Both the position numbers and the translations under genes were made by a program. Positions 24,812-34,370 of a DNA stretch of 64,000 bases are shown in pieces. Below the pieces are notes generated by a model. It was not told the origin of the DNA and did not search any database. It worked only from the letters and a program-made list of their open reading frames with translations. Positions within the stretch are counted from its first letter, which is position 1; each line of letters starts with the position of its first letter. This DNA comes from Candidatus Latescibacterota bacterium (GTDB taxonomy: Bacteria > Latescibacterota > UBA2968 > GCA-2709665), in the NCBI GenBank assembly GCA_965116875.1, contig OZ220733.1, forward strand, positions 704,001 through 768,000. The letters are read 5' to 3'.

Positions 24812-25678
24812 ATGTACGACGCCGTCATCGCCCCCTTCGTTGAATTCGGCTTCATGCGTCGGGCTCTGGTCGGGTGCCTTGCTCTTTCGCTGGGGGCGAC
24901 ACCCATCGGGGTGTTCCTGACCTTGCGTCGGATGAGTCTCGCCGGGGATGCCATCGCCCATGCAATTCTTCCTGGCGCCGCGCTCGGGTACCTCGTGGCA
25001 GGGCTGTCGCTCGGCGCCATGACACTGGGCGGGGTCATCGCGGGAGTTGCTGTGGCTATGCTCTCCGGACTGGCAGCCCGAACCACCGTGGCCCGCGAGG
25101 ATTCCAGCCTGGCCGCCTTCTATCTGATATCCCTCGCCGTCGGGGTGGTGATCGTCTCGACGCGCGGAAGCAATGTCGACCTGCTGCACATCCTGTTCGG
25201 CACGGTGCTCGCCTTGAACGATACGGCCATATTCCTGGTCTCGGGAATCGCCACGGTCACCCTGTTCGGGCTTGCCGTCATCTACCGACCATTGGTGATG
25301 GAATGTTTCGACCCGGGCTTTCTCCGATCGGTCAGTCCGTTGAGTCCGGTGGCCCATTACAGCTTCCTCGTCCTGACGGTCCTCAATCTGGTGGGCGGGT
25401 TTCATGCCCTGGGGACCCTGATGGCGGTGGGCGTCATGATCCTTCCCGCCGCCGCCGCCCGGTTCTGGACGCGCGACGTCACGCCGCTGGTGGTCATCGG
25501 TGTGATTGCGGCTTTTCTGGGTGGGTTTTTCGGCCTGTTGTTGTCCTATCACGCCAGTCTGCCGTCCGGCCCCGCCATCATCCTCACGGCGGGAGCGTTC
25601 TATCTGTTCTCGTTGTCCTTCGGGTCTGACGGCGTCATCATGACGCGCCTCAGGCCGCGGCGTCATCCGCATGCATGA
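24812..25678 (+). CDS. Zn/Mn ABC transporter permease (ZnuB/AztB-like)
   Basis: LRRMSLAGDAIAHAILPG, DLLHILFG. Confidence 0.92.
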   Translation: MYDAVIAPFVEFGFMRRALVGCLALSLGATPIGVFLTLRRMSLAGDAIAHAILPGAALGYLVAGLSLGAMTLGGVIAGVAVAMLSGLAARTTVAREDSSLAAFYLISLAVGVVIVSTRGSNVDLLHILFGTVLALNDTAIFLVSGIATVTLFGLAVIYRPLVMECFDPGFLRSVSPLSPVAHYSFLVLTVLNLVGGFHALGTLMAVGVMILPAAAARFWTRDVTPLVVIGVIAAFLGGFFGLLLSYHASLPSGPAIILTAGAFYLFSLSFGSDGVIMTRLRPRRHPHA

Positions 25679-25693
25679 ACCCAATACGGAACC

Positions 25694-26722
25694 ATGTGTA
25701 TGCCCATGATATCGAGGCCATCTATCCTGTTTTCAGTCATCATCGCCGGTTGGGTCGCCGTGTCAGGGTCGGGGGCCGTCGGTGCCGACGCCCCCATCGA
25801 CGTTGTCGCATCGTTCAGCATCCTGGGTGATATGGTCCGGCAGGTAGGCGGTGATCGGGTGCACGTCACCACCCTCGTCGGCCCCGACAGTGATGCGCAC
25901 GTCTATCGGCCGACTCCGGCGGACGCCCGGGCCGTCGCCGGGGCCAGGCTGCTGGTCGTCAATGGATTGGGCTTTGAAGGCTGGATAGACCGTCTCACGG
26001 AGGCATCCGGCTACAAAGGTCCGGTGGTGACGGCGACAACCGGCGTCGAACCCCGCATGATAGCGGATCGCGACCGCGGCGAGATCGATCCCCATGCCTG
26101 GCAGTGTCTCGCCAATGCCCGGATCTACGTCCGCAACATCGCCGAAGGATTGGCTGCGATCGACCTGGCGGGGGCCGAAATCTATCGCGGCAACACGGCG
26201 CGCTACATGGAGGAAATCGACGCGGTCGAGGCGCAGGTTCGCAAGGCAATCGATTCGCTGCCGGTCGGACGGCGCAAGGTGGTCACGTCCCATGACGCTT
26301 TCGGCTACCTGTCGGCAGCCTACGGGATCGAGTTCCATGCGCCGGTGGGGTTCAGCACCGAAGCGGAGGCCTCTGCGGGTGACGTCGCCAGGCTGATTCG
26401 TCAGATCAACAGGGAAAAGATTCCGGCCGTCTTCGTCGAAAACATCTCCGACCGCCGCCTGCTCGACCAGATCGTCCGGGAAACCGGCGCGCAGATCGGC
26501 GGGACACTCTATTCCGACGCTCTGTCGAATTCGGACGGGCCGGCGGGTACCCACCTTGACATGATGCTACACAACATACTGACGTTGGTTTCCGCCCTCG
26601 GCGTTTGTTCGGGTGTGTTGACAGGGGGTGTCTCTCCGGTCCGCAGCGTTGACGAAAATCCTCGATCGCCGCCGTGCGCAACCGGCCGCCACGAGAGTTG
26701 CGTGGAGAGGAGAAAACCATGA
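25694..26722 (+). CDS. Zn/Mn ABC transporter substrate-binding protein (ZnuA/AztC-like)
   Basis: VVASFSILGD, DAHVYRP, DPHAW, SHDAFGY, YSDAL. Confidence 0.92.
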   Translation: MCMPMISRPSILFSVIIAGWVAVSGSGAVGADAPIDVVASFSILGDMVRQVGGDRVHVTTLVGPDSDAHVYRPTPADARAVAGARLLVVNGLGFEGWIDRLTEASGYKGPVVTATTGVEPRMIADRDRGEIDPHAWQCLANARIYVRNIAEGLAAIDLAGAEIYRGNTARYMEEIDAVEAQVRKAIDSLPVGRRKVVTSHDAFGYLSAAYGIEFHAPVGFSTEAEASAGDVARLIRQINREKIPAVFVENISDRRLLDQIVRETGAQIGGTLYSDALSNSDGPAGTHLDMMLHNILTLVSALGVCSGVLTGGVSPVRSVDENPRSPPCATGRHESCVERRKP

Positions 26723-27180
26723 ACGACAAAGCGCTTTCCCGGATTCTGGATCGAGCCGAGGCCCTGTGCCACGAGCGCGGCCTGCGGCTGAGCAAACAAC
26801 GCAAGGCAGTCCTTCATCTGCTGTGCGTATCGGACAAACCGCTCAGTGCTTACGTGTTATTGGAGCGCATGCGCGGCTTTGTCAGGAATCCCGCACCACC
26901 GACGGTCTACCGTGCGTTGAACTTCCTGCTCGAGCAGGGTCTGGCGCACAAGCTCGAAAGCCTCAGCGCATACGTGGGCTGCGCTCATCCGGATCATCCG
27001 CACGTCAGCCAGTTCCTGATCTGCGATGACTGCGGCGAAGTGGACGAGGTTGAAGACCTCGATTTGGCAAGAAGCCTGAAAGCGGCAGGCAAGGAGATTG
27101 GATTCCGTACCAAGCGGCAGATCGTCGAACTGCTGGGAACCTGTGCGCAGTGCATCGCGGAAAGACCTGGTTCCGCCTGA
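26719..27180 (+). CDS. zur: Fur-family regulator, Zur-like
   Basis: PPTVYRALNFL, HKLESL, FLICDDCG and CAQC zinc sites; sits in a Zn uptake operon. Confidence 0.85.
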   Translation: MNDKALSRILDRAEALCHERGLRLSKQRKAVLHLLCVSDKPLSAYVLLERMRGFVRNPAPPTVYRALNFLLEQGLAHKLESLSAYVGCAHPDHPHVSQFLICDDCGEVDEVEDLDLARSLKAAGKEIGFRTKRQIVELLGTCAQCIAERPGSA

Positions 27181-27224
27181 GTCGAATCCGCATCGACCAC
27201 ACGGCGGAGGGCAGAAGAGAGATC

Positions 27225-27533
27225 ATGTTGATCAACACATCATCACGCCGCCCGAGCGGCGAACGGGCTCGCCTTATCAAAAACGCATTGCGCGAAGCGC
27301 TTAACCTTTCCGATGACACGACGATTTCGGTCACCGAATTGGCATGCCTCGAAGAAGGCTGTGCGCCCGTCGAAACCGTGTTCGCCCTGCTTCGGCGCAA
27401 TGCCCCACCGTTACAATACAAGCTTCACAAACCCACGGACGCCGTTGACGCCGCAGACCTGATCCAGGTCTGCGCGGCGTGGGGATTCGACGTCCAGGCT
27501 CCATACCTTGAACCTCTGCTCCGGGAGGACTAG
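27225..27533 (+). CDS. Small hypothetical protein with ELACxExGCxPxET motif
   Basis: ORF directly abutting the COG0523 gene; Cys motif. Confidence 0.65.
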   Translation: MLINTSSRRPSGERARLIKNALREALNLSDDTTISVTELACLEEGCAPVETVFALLRRNAPPLQYKLHKPTDAVDAADLIQVCAAWGFDVQAPYLEPLLRED

Positions 27534-28973
27534 ATGAACACGCCGAATTTGGGAATGACACTTCGAAGAGTACCCGTAACGATCCTTACCGGCTTCCTCG
27601 GCTCCGGCAAGACGACCCTGCTCAACCGGATTCTGAGCGAGGAACACGGCAAGCGCATTGCCGTGATCGAGAACGAATACGGGGAGGTCGGCATCGATCA
27701 GGGACTCGTCATCAACGCGGACGAGGAGATCTTCGAGATGTCGAACGGTTGCATCTGCTGCACGGTGCGCGGAGACCTGATTCGTGTACTCGGCAATCTC
27801 ATGAAGCGCCGAGACAAATTCGACTATGTGCTGGTGGAAACCACAGGACTCGCGGACCCCGGTCCGGTCGCTCAGACCTTTTTCATGGACGACGAGATTC
27901 GCGCGGAATTCTCGCTCGACGGGATCGTCACGCTCGTCGATGCAGCCCACGTCGAGCAGCAAATCGGCCGGAGCGACGAAAGCACGGAGCAAATCGCGTT
28001 CGCGGACGTCCTCGTTCTCAACAAGACGGACCTCGTCAACGACGAGGCGCTCGACATGCTCGAAGCCCGGCTGCGTGAAATGAATCAAATGGCGCGAGTC
28101 GTGCGCAGCGAGCGGGCGAAGGTCTCCCTCGATACCGTACTCAATCTGAACGCCTTCGACCTGGACCAGGCGCTCGAGCGTCGACCCACCTTCCTCGAAC
28201 CCGAGTACCCCTTCGAATGGACGGGAGTCTATTCGCTCGATACCGGCCGTTACGAACTCAGCCTCGCCGATGGACCTGATCCAACGATGTCTCTCGTCGT
28301 CGCGCCCGACCAGGGCACGAATGACGCCGCCCTTCGTGAGGGTGCGGAGTGGTGTGTACGGCGGTACGGCGAACCCGCGGAGCCCATTCGCCCGGGAGAC
28401 GAGATTCCTTTGGGAAGGCATGTGAACCTTCGGCTCAATTCTCCAGGGCGAAAGTCGTTCTTCCTGGAGGTCGATACCCGGGCGCGGGTTGGCTTCTACG
28501 CCCAGCACATCGCGGAGGAGTTCGATCTCCAACTGAAGTACGCGGATGGAGCGACAATCAGCCCGGAGGATGGTCCGCACTCCGGGATTGCCTCCTCAGA
28601 GAACGGCGCCAAGCACGTCCAGGGAGCGGTTGTTCCCGTCGAGGTCGAGCGGACGTGGGTCGCACAGCACGAACACGATGACGAGGTGGGCTCGATCGCG
28701 ATCGAGAGGAACGGGGACGTCGATCTTGAAAGGCTCAACGACTGGCTTGGCAGACTGCTCGCCGAGCGCGGGGTTGACATCTTCCGAATGAAAGGCTTTA
28801 TCAGCCTCGCAGGCGAGTCGCGTCGCTTCGTCTTTCAGGGGGTTCACATGCTCTTTGACGGCCAACCGGACCAGCCGTGGGGCGACACGCTGCGGCGCAA
28901 TCAACTCGTCTTCATCGGCCGCAACCTCGACGAGCAGAGCATGCGCCATGGGTTTGACGCATGTCTGGTTTGA
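27534..28973 (+). CDS. COG0523/CobW-family metallochaperone GTPase
   Basis: TGFLGSGKTT, GCICC, ETTGLADP, NKTD, C-terminal RMKG..FQGVH..LVFIG. Confidence 0.93.
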   Translation: MNTPNLGMTLRRVPVTILTGFLGSGKTTLLNRILSEEHGKRIAVIENEYGEVGIDQGLVINADEEIFEMSNGCICCTVRGDLIRVLGNLMKRRDKFDYVLVETTGLADPGPVAQTFFMDDEIRAEFSLDGIVTLVDAAHVEQQIGRSDESTEQIAFADVLVLNKTDLVNDEALDMLEARLREMNQMARVVRSERAKVSLDTVLNLNAFDLDQALERRPTFLEPEYPFEWTGVYSLDTGRYELSLADGPDPTMSLVVAPDQGTNDAALREGAEWCVRRYGEPAEPIRPGDEIPLGRHVNLRLNSPGRKSFFLEVDTRARVGFYAQHIAEEFDLQLKYADGATISPEDGPHSGIASSENGAKHVQGAVVPVEVERTWVAQHEHDDEVGSIAIERNGDVDLERLNDWLGRLLAERGVDIFRMKGFISLAGESRRFVFQGVHMLFDGQPDQPWGDTLRRNQLVFIGRNLDEQSMRHGFDACLV

Positions 28974-30007
28974 ACGTCGGCAGTTCGAGGGGTGCGCTTC
29001 GCCGGGGCTGGTCTGCGGCGGTTGGCGACTACGCCATCGCCGGGGGCTGGTGCCCGCGTGGTGAGGCGCTGATCGTTGGCGATGCCGCAGGCGGCGTCTA
29101 CGCATTCGACGGCAAGTCCGGCGCGACCGCATGGGAGCGGCGCGGGATTCATGAAGGCGGTGTACTCGCGGTGGCGATCCAGCCTGACGGAACCGCGTTC
29201 GCTTCGGCCGGCCAGGACAGCCGGGTCTTGATCTGGAGCTCCGACGAAGGCCGGGTATGCCGGACGATCGACGTTGGAAGCGGTTGGGTAGAAAACCTGG
29301 CGTGGTCGCCGGACGGCCGATGGCTGGCGGTTTCCTGCTCCCGGCAGGTTCGTGCGTTTGGTACGGACGGCGAGGAGGTTTGGCGATCTGACGATCATCC
29401 CAGCACCGTCAGCGCGATCGACTGGTCGAGCGCAGGAGAGCTGGCGACGGCCTGTTACGGTCGCGTCACGTTCTTCGGTGCGTCCACCGGAGAGATTCGG
29501 CAGAAGCTGGAGTGGCAGGGATCCTTGGTGTCTATGGTTCTGAGCCCGGACGCGGGTATCGTGGTCTGCGGCAGCCAGGACAACTCGGTACACTTCTGGC
29601 GTCGCTCCACGGAGCAGGATTCCGCGATGTCAGGGTATCCTGCCAAGCCGTCGGCCCTGGCTTTCGATGACACCGGCACCTTCCTGGCCACGGGCGGGGG
29701 GGAGGCGGTGACCGTGTGGAACTTCGCGGGAAGGGGTCCTGAAGACTCGCGGCCCGGCGTCCTGGAGTTTCATGTTCAACCCGTAACGACACTCGCCTTC
29801 GCTCCGCGCGCAATGCGCCTGGCATCGGGAGGCCGCGATGGCGCCGTGGTTGTGTGGTCGATTCAGAAAGATGGAGGAGGCGATCCGATTGGGATCGCGG
29901 CTGTGGCGGGCGCAGTGGCCGATTTGTACTGGCGGCCGGACGGTCGCGCCCTCGCCGCGCTCGACGCACAGGGTGGCGTGACGGTTTGGCGAGTGAGCAA
30001 CGCGTAA
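28961..30007 (+). CDS. WD40-repeat protein
   Basis: Repeated ASAGQDSRVLIW / WSPDG / GSQDNSVHFW / ASGGRDGAVVVW units. Confidence 0.88.
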   Translation: MSGLNVGSSRGALRRGWSAAVGDYAIAGGWCPRGEALIVGDAAGGVYAFDGKSGATAWERRGIHEGGVLAVAIQPDGTAFASAGQDSRVLIWSSDEGRVCRTIDVGSGWVENLAWSPDGRWLAVSCSRQVRAFGTDGEEVWRSDDHPSTVSAIDWSSAGELATACYGRVTFFGASTGEIRQKLEWQGSLVSMVLSPDAGIVVCGSQDNSVHFWRRSTEQDSAMSGYPAKPSALAFDDTGTFLATGGGEAVTVWNFAGRGPEDSRPGVLEFHVQPVTTLAFAPRAMRLASGGRDGAVVVWSIQKDGGGDPIGIAAVAGAVADLYWRPDGRALAALDAQGGVTVWRVSNA

Positions 30008-30016
30008 GGCGCGCCA

Positions 30017-30496
30017 ATGAATACTCAGACGCTACGCATCCGCGAAACGCTCGCCAGAGACGAAAACTTGGCTACGGCCCGAGGCCGCGTTCTTGGGCAG
30101 ATCGTATTCTGCGAAGGCTGTTGCTGCGGTCAGACAGACAGGGGTTTCAAGGCGCTGCCCCGTGAATGGATCAAGCACCAGTGGAAAGTTGAAAAACTCA
30201 ACAGGTCGGTGCAACTGACGTTCTCCGGATGCCTTGGCCCGTGCGATCTGGTTAACGTCGTCTGTGTCGTCTCGGCTGAACGGATGCAGTGGTTTGGAGA
30301 CCTCCAGGAACAGTGGCAATACGACCTGCTCCTGGATTGGGCCATTGCCTCGCGTGATGCTGGGGCCTTGATCGAAATGCCTGCCGAATTGAATCGACTC
30401 CGGTTTGAACGGTTCGCTGTTTCGAACCCCGGTAAGAACTCCGATTGCATGCGGTCACCCACCCAGGGCCGCAGCTTTCACGACGCATCCCCATGA
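30017..30496 (+). CDS. Thioredoxin-like [2Fe-2S] ferredoxin-domain protein
   Basis: CEGCCCG and SGCLGPC motifs. Confidence 0.7.
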   Translation: MNTQTLRIRETLARDENLATARGRVLGQIVFCEGCCCGQTDRGFKALPREWIKHQWKVEKLNRSVQLTFSGCLGPCDLVNVVCVVSAERMQWFGDLQEQWQYDLLLDWAIASRDAGALIEMPAELNRLRFERFAVSNPGKNSDCMRSPTQGRSFHDASP

Positions 30497-30541
30497 ACAA
30501 CAGACTCACCAGCCAGGGCAGCAATTCGGCCCGCGTGCTTC

Positions 30542-31093
30542 TCATTCATCTCCACGGATCCTGGCCAGCGCGTCCCGTGCATCGTCTGCCATGAAACCCG
30601 TAGAATCTTTGGGATTTTCGCGTATCCGTTCGAGATACCTCACCGCCCGCTTCTCCCGGAACTCGCCGAGTTGCCGGATGATCGTTTCCCCCAGACCTGT
30701 GCCTATAGGATACCAGTCCCCTGACATGTGCTCGAAAATGCTCTTGAGCAGATCCAGCAGGTGCTGGCGAATCTCTTCCGAGTCCGGCGAGGGTTTCCAG
30801 ACGGAACGCGGGTTTTCCCTGCTCACCAACACATCGGGTTGACCGGCCTCGACCCGCCATTCCTCTTCCCAGCCGCCGTGGCGCATCACCGGTCCGATGG
30901 GGATGGGGTCGCGATCGGGCCGGCGATGCGGATGGTTCGCACAGTAGGTGTAGAAGGGGTCCTCCACCGCAATGTCCCTGATTTCACAATAGGGCGGTAT
31001 TCTCTTGTCGGCGTGCTGCAACCAGTCGCGCTCTCCCTGATTCCTTTTATTGAACCAGCAGGTTCCGCAACAATCGGATCCTCCATTTGGCAT
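30542..31093 (-). CDS. Cys-rich hypothetical protein
   Basis: RBS ggagg; MPNGGSDCCGTCWFN...YCEIR...YCANHPH; helical C-terminus. Confidence 0.7.
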   Translation of the reverse strand: MPNGGSDCCGTCWFNKRNQGERDWLQHADKRIPPYCEIRDIAVEDPFYTYCANHPHRRPDRDPIPIGPVMRHGGWEEEWRVEAGQPDVLVSRENPRSVWKPSPDSEEIRQHLLDLLKSIFEHMSGDWYPIGTGLGETIIRQLGEFREKRAVRYLERIRENPKDSTGFMADDARDALARIRGDE

Positions 31094-31206
31094 CGCTCAG
31101 CCCTCCTCCCGTTCGAACTTTCAGCACCGCAACCGCAATCCTTCGTGGAAAATCGCCCATCGTCACATCGCTCGGTCCCAGGATAGAACACTATCGGTTG
31201 ACGATA

Positions 31207-31235
31207 CGTAGGGGCGACCGGCCGGTCGCCCGTGC
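31207..31235 (+). repeat. GTAG-type REP; exact inverted partner at 39126-39154
   Basis: cgtaggggcgaccggccggtcgcccgtgc. Confidence 0.85.
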
Positions 31236-31376
31236 GGATTCCGTGCACGAATCGAATTACAGCGAACCCGCAGCGATGACCGGCAGACGGCCTGCTGGCG
31301 TCGATTTATGGTTGCCAATTTGTTGGTTATAACGTACAATTGACCTCCTGCGGAGTTCACCGTTTCCTTCCTGACT

Positions 31377-31400
31377 GACTACAAGGAACGTTCCCGATGA
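31377..31400 (+). pseudogene. Last codons of a deleted RelE/HigB-type toxin (DYKERSR*)
   Basis: ATGA overlap with antitoxin start; DYKER resembles the C-terminus of HI1419-type toxins. Confidence 0.45.
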
Positions 31401-31708
31401 AGCCTTCCGTCCTATTTGAAAAACACCATTTTGAATTCCTCAGTGATCCCGAACGCGCGCGCGCCTACCTCGAGGTGGCGCTCGAGGAAACCGCCAGAGA
31501 CCAGGACAAGTCGGCCCTTCTGCTGGCGCTCAAGGACGTTGCCACCGCGCGAGGCGGGCTGGGACGATTGGCCAGGCAGGCAAACCTGAACCGGGCCCAT
31601 GTATACAGGGCGCTATCAGCAAACGGGAATCCACGTCTGGATACGATGGAGAAGATCCTGAACAGCCTCGGTTTCAGATTGTCTATCGAACCGCTGGCAG
31701 AGCGTTAG
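31397..31708 (+). CDS. Addiction-module antidote protein (HI1420-like HTH antitoxin)
   Basis: AYLEVALE, ALKDVATARGG, LNRAHVYRALSANGNPRLDT. Confidence 0.88.
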   Translation: MKPSVLFEKHHFEFLSDPERARAYLEVALEETARDQDKSALLLALKDVATARGGLGRLARQANLNRAHVYRALSANGNPRLDTMEKILNSLGFRLSIEPLAER

Positions 31709-31870
31709 AAATGAGCGTACGGCCATCGGCCGTCGCTCAAGGTGTCGCACAATGCAACAGCGACGCGACGGGTGGCCGTCGATCGATTCGGCGCTCCAAC
31801 GGTACGTACCCAACGCCCTTTCTCCACCATGCTGCACACCTGAATCAGTCTCGTTTCCAATCCTGACATT

Positions 31871-31963
31871 AACCTTGATGCGTCGTTTTTCGGTGACGTT
31901 CGTTCGTATATGTGCAAGTTGACAAAGGCGATTCAACTGCTGATTACCAGGATACACCAGGTT
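31871..31963 (+). repeat. Unrecognised 93-bp non-coding element, copy A
   Basis: 75/93 ungapped identity to the reverse complement of 43871-43963. Confidence 0.8.
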
Positions 31964-32182
31964 GCTGGACGTCAACTGAAAAAATGTCCTTCCAGACGAC
32001 CATTTCAGCCCGTTTCGAATGGTTTCGTCGCGGTGTCGCGTCGCGGTTATTGGGGAATTGAAGTTAACTTCAATTCGAAAAAAGACAGCCGACAAATTTA
32101 CCACAAAAGGCACAAAAGGGATCAGTGCGAAAGCGGGGTATCGAGGTCGTTCAAATGAATGAAATTTCCGCTCACGTCCAGT

Positions 32183-32275
32183 GAACTCACGTGTCCGGCA
32201 CTTTTACGTCAATTCGCCTTTGTTCTTCAGCATATGTTCGACATTCAAGTCCCAGAATAATTGCGTATCAAGATT
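32183..32275 (-). repeat. Unrecognised ~93-bp non-coding element, copy C (diverged)
   Basis: About 65% identity to copy B; shares CTTGATnCG, GGGAC, GTCGAA, AAAGGCGA. Confidence 0.65.
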
Positions 32276-32336
32276 TGATGCCTAACGGTATGGCCGGTCT
32301 GCTGGCATCTGTTCAGACCGAAGATGCCCACAGGGC

Positions 32337-32513
32337 TCAGTCGGTATCGTATCTGGCTTTCAACCTTCGGATCCATTCCTCAGTCTCGGCCCAATGGGCA
32401 AGCTGCTCAGGGGTGGGGACAGGCAGGCCGGCCTTTTCATAATCGGCCGGCGAGTAGGGTGTGCCATCCGGATGCCAAACCTGCATACCGGCGGTGTCCT
32501 GGCGATTGCGCAT
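32337..32513 (-). CDS. 58-aa hypothetical protein (below ORF-track cutoff)
   Basis: RBS aaaggag; MRNRQDTAGMQVWHPDGTPYSPADYEKAGLPVPTPEQLAHWAETEEWIRRLKARYDTD*; followed by hairpin ggcatct..agatgcc. Confidence 0.65.
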   Translation of the reverse strand: MRNRQDTAGMQVWHPDGTPYSPADYEKAGLPVPTPEQLAHWAETEEWIRRLKARYDTD

Positions 32514-32583
32514 CGTTGTTTCACTCCTTTCTCTTATGGAAGATTCCCAGCTGGCTCTTCGACGTCGCTCCGGGACCAGCCCC

Positions 32584-32727
32584 TCAATCGACGTCAGTCT
32601 TCACTTCGATGATGAGTCGGCAGTGGTCGCTTGGCCCCCATTCGTGGACTTCGTTCATCGCCCGCACCGAAACGCTCTTGTGGAAGCCGCGCGACGCGAA
32701 TGCGTAGTCCAATTGGCGGGCGCGTTC
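32584..32727 (-). pseudogene. 3' fragment of an endonuclease/exonuclease/phosphatase (EEP) gene
   Basis: RQLDYAFASRGF...WGPSDHCRLIIEV*: LDY and SDH catalytic motifs, no 5' part. Confidence 0.75.
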
Positions 32728-32850
32728 GTTTCCAAAAAAAAAGCATCCCCGCCCGACGGACAGGGATTTGCGTCTTCTTCAACGGGTCGGCATTAATTGC
32801 GCTATTGAAATTCAGACCCGTAGACAACCATTGACGTGGCGCCTACCAGA

Positions 32851-33429
32851 TTATGACATGCTAATTTTCTCATCGGAACCCTGCCTTAGATAGTTGTACC
32901 CACGAAGATTGGCGGTCTTCTTGACGATTTTTTCGATTATCGATAGACGGGTCGACCTGGATGGTAAATGAAGTCCAAGTTCCCCTCCGATCTGTTTCAG
33001 CATTGAAACATTGTACTTCTGCCTATCCGCCAACTCACGCTCTACATCGCGAGAGGGCAAACCCTTCAATTCCTCCGCTATTGCAATTGCTTGCTCGCGT
33101 ATCTGTGCAGTATCAGAGTTGCGCCGAGACTTCCTGGTTGCCTTAATTTCCGACGAAAGACCGAGAACATTAGAAAGCAATGGGTCGGACTCAGCCACGC
33201 GAACACAATCACGAATTGCCTCTATCGTTGACGTGACACCCTGTACGTCCTCCCCCGCAGGAAGCGACCTCAACCTGATCCTGAAATCTTGAAGAAACTT
33301 AATCAACGCATCCAATTCGCGATCAAGGCGCAGTTTAGTTTCGTCAGCAGGCAACGCATCAACCAGCTCGGACAGCTTGCTGAGGAAGCTGTCCAATTTC
33401 CTTCCCGTCAACTTTACTGAATCGCTCAT
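32851..33429 (-). CDS. Hypothetical helical protein downstream of ParA
   Basis: 192-aa ORF, 2-nt gap from ParA stop, lower GC; C-terminal LKQIGGELGL..TRLSIIEKI resembles Rho-N/SAP-like helix-extended-helix. Confidence 0.7.
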   Translation of the reverse strand: MSDSVKLTGRKLDSFLSKLSELVDALPADETKLRLDRELDALIKFLQDFRIRLRSLPAGEDVQGVTSTIEAIRDCVRVAESDPLLSNVLGLSSEIKATRKSRRNSDTAQIREQAIAIAEELKGLPSRDVERELADRQKYNVSMLKQIGGELGLHLPSRSTRLSIIEKIVKKTANLRGYNYLRQGSDEKISMS

Positions 33430-33431
33430 TT

Positions 33432-34370
33432 TCAGAACATCTCCATTAGTTCGTCGACGATTCTTGGATACTCCTGCTTGTTCGAAGCACGTCTGGCATT
33501 GTCAGAATCATGCAGCCAAATTGGAAGGCTGTTTTCGGCGGCTTCGGTATATCCGATCAATTCGGTTGTATGGGTTTTGAAGCATTTGGCGGCACCCAAT
33601 TGGGATCGGACCTCCTCCATCTTGCTAGCATGTGCGATTGTTTGCATTGCGCCGCCAATTCGTACCCGCACGAAAAGAACGGCACCCAACTTCGCAACCC
33701 TGTAGTTATCTGCCGGTCGGCCGGCCAAGACTGCAGCGGAGTTCACCAACTCGCCGATTTTGTTAACTTTTCCGATCAGGATGTTTAAACCAATAGTAGA
33801 AAGATGGTCTGGTATCGCAGTCACGATATAATAGTGACTCGCAACAAGCGCGTTCTGGGTCATCAGATAGAGGTTTGGCGGACAGTCAATGAGAACGTAA
33901 TCGTAGTTGTCTCGGACTTCATCGATAGTTTTAACAAGAAAATCCCGTTCACGCAAGAATTGCCGTGCGTTCTTCCTCAACATCTCCATACTTGGATACG
34001 CGCCGGCGATTTGGCCACCGCCAATATCCTCGCCGATCAATTCTATATCGCACGGGACCAGATCAATCCTGGGGTACCGACGACCGTCCCGCAATCGAAT
34101 TGGGTTTTCCCACAGATATCTTTTCGCGTCGATAGGATTACCGTCCAAATATCTCTTATACATGGTTGCAATCGTACCGACTCTGTCTTTGCGCCTCTGC
34201 CAATCTTCGATAGAGGCACACAAAAACGTCAGGTTCGTTTGTGGATCAATATCGATCAGCAAGACTCGTTTGTCTTTTAATCCTGCCAACCAGCATCCAA
34301 CGTGATAGGCTGAAGTTGTCTTTGCAACACCACCTTTGTAATTGATAAATGCGAGGACTTTTGCTGCCAC
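33432..34370 (-). CDS. ParA/MinD-family ATPase
   Basis: NYKGGVAKTT deviant Walker A, LLIDIDPQTNLT, YDYVLIDCPP. Confidence 0.92.
   Translation of the reverse strand: MAAKVLAFINYKGGVAKTTSAYHVGCWLAGLKDKRVLLIDIDPQTNLTFLCASIEDWQRRKDRVGTIATMYKRYLDGNPIDAKRYLWENPIRLRDGRRYPRIDLVPCDIELIGEDIGGGQIAGAYPSMEMLRKNARQFLRERDFLVKTIDEVRDNYDYVLIDCPPNLYLMTQNALVASHYYIVTAIPDHLSTIGLNILIGKVNKIGELVNSAAVLAGRPADNYRVAKLGAVLFVRVRIGGAMQTIAHASKMEEVRSQLGAAKCFKTHTTELIGYTEAAENSLPIWLHDSDNARRASNKQEYPRIVDELMEMF

Noticed and set aside
33432-34370. Plasmid or prophage partition locus
   Set aside because: No parB, rep, integrase or phage structural genes nearby
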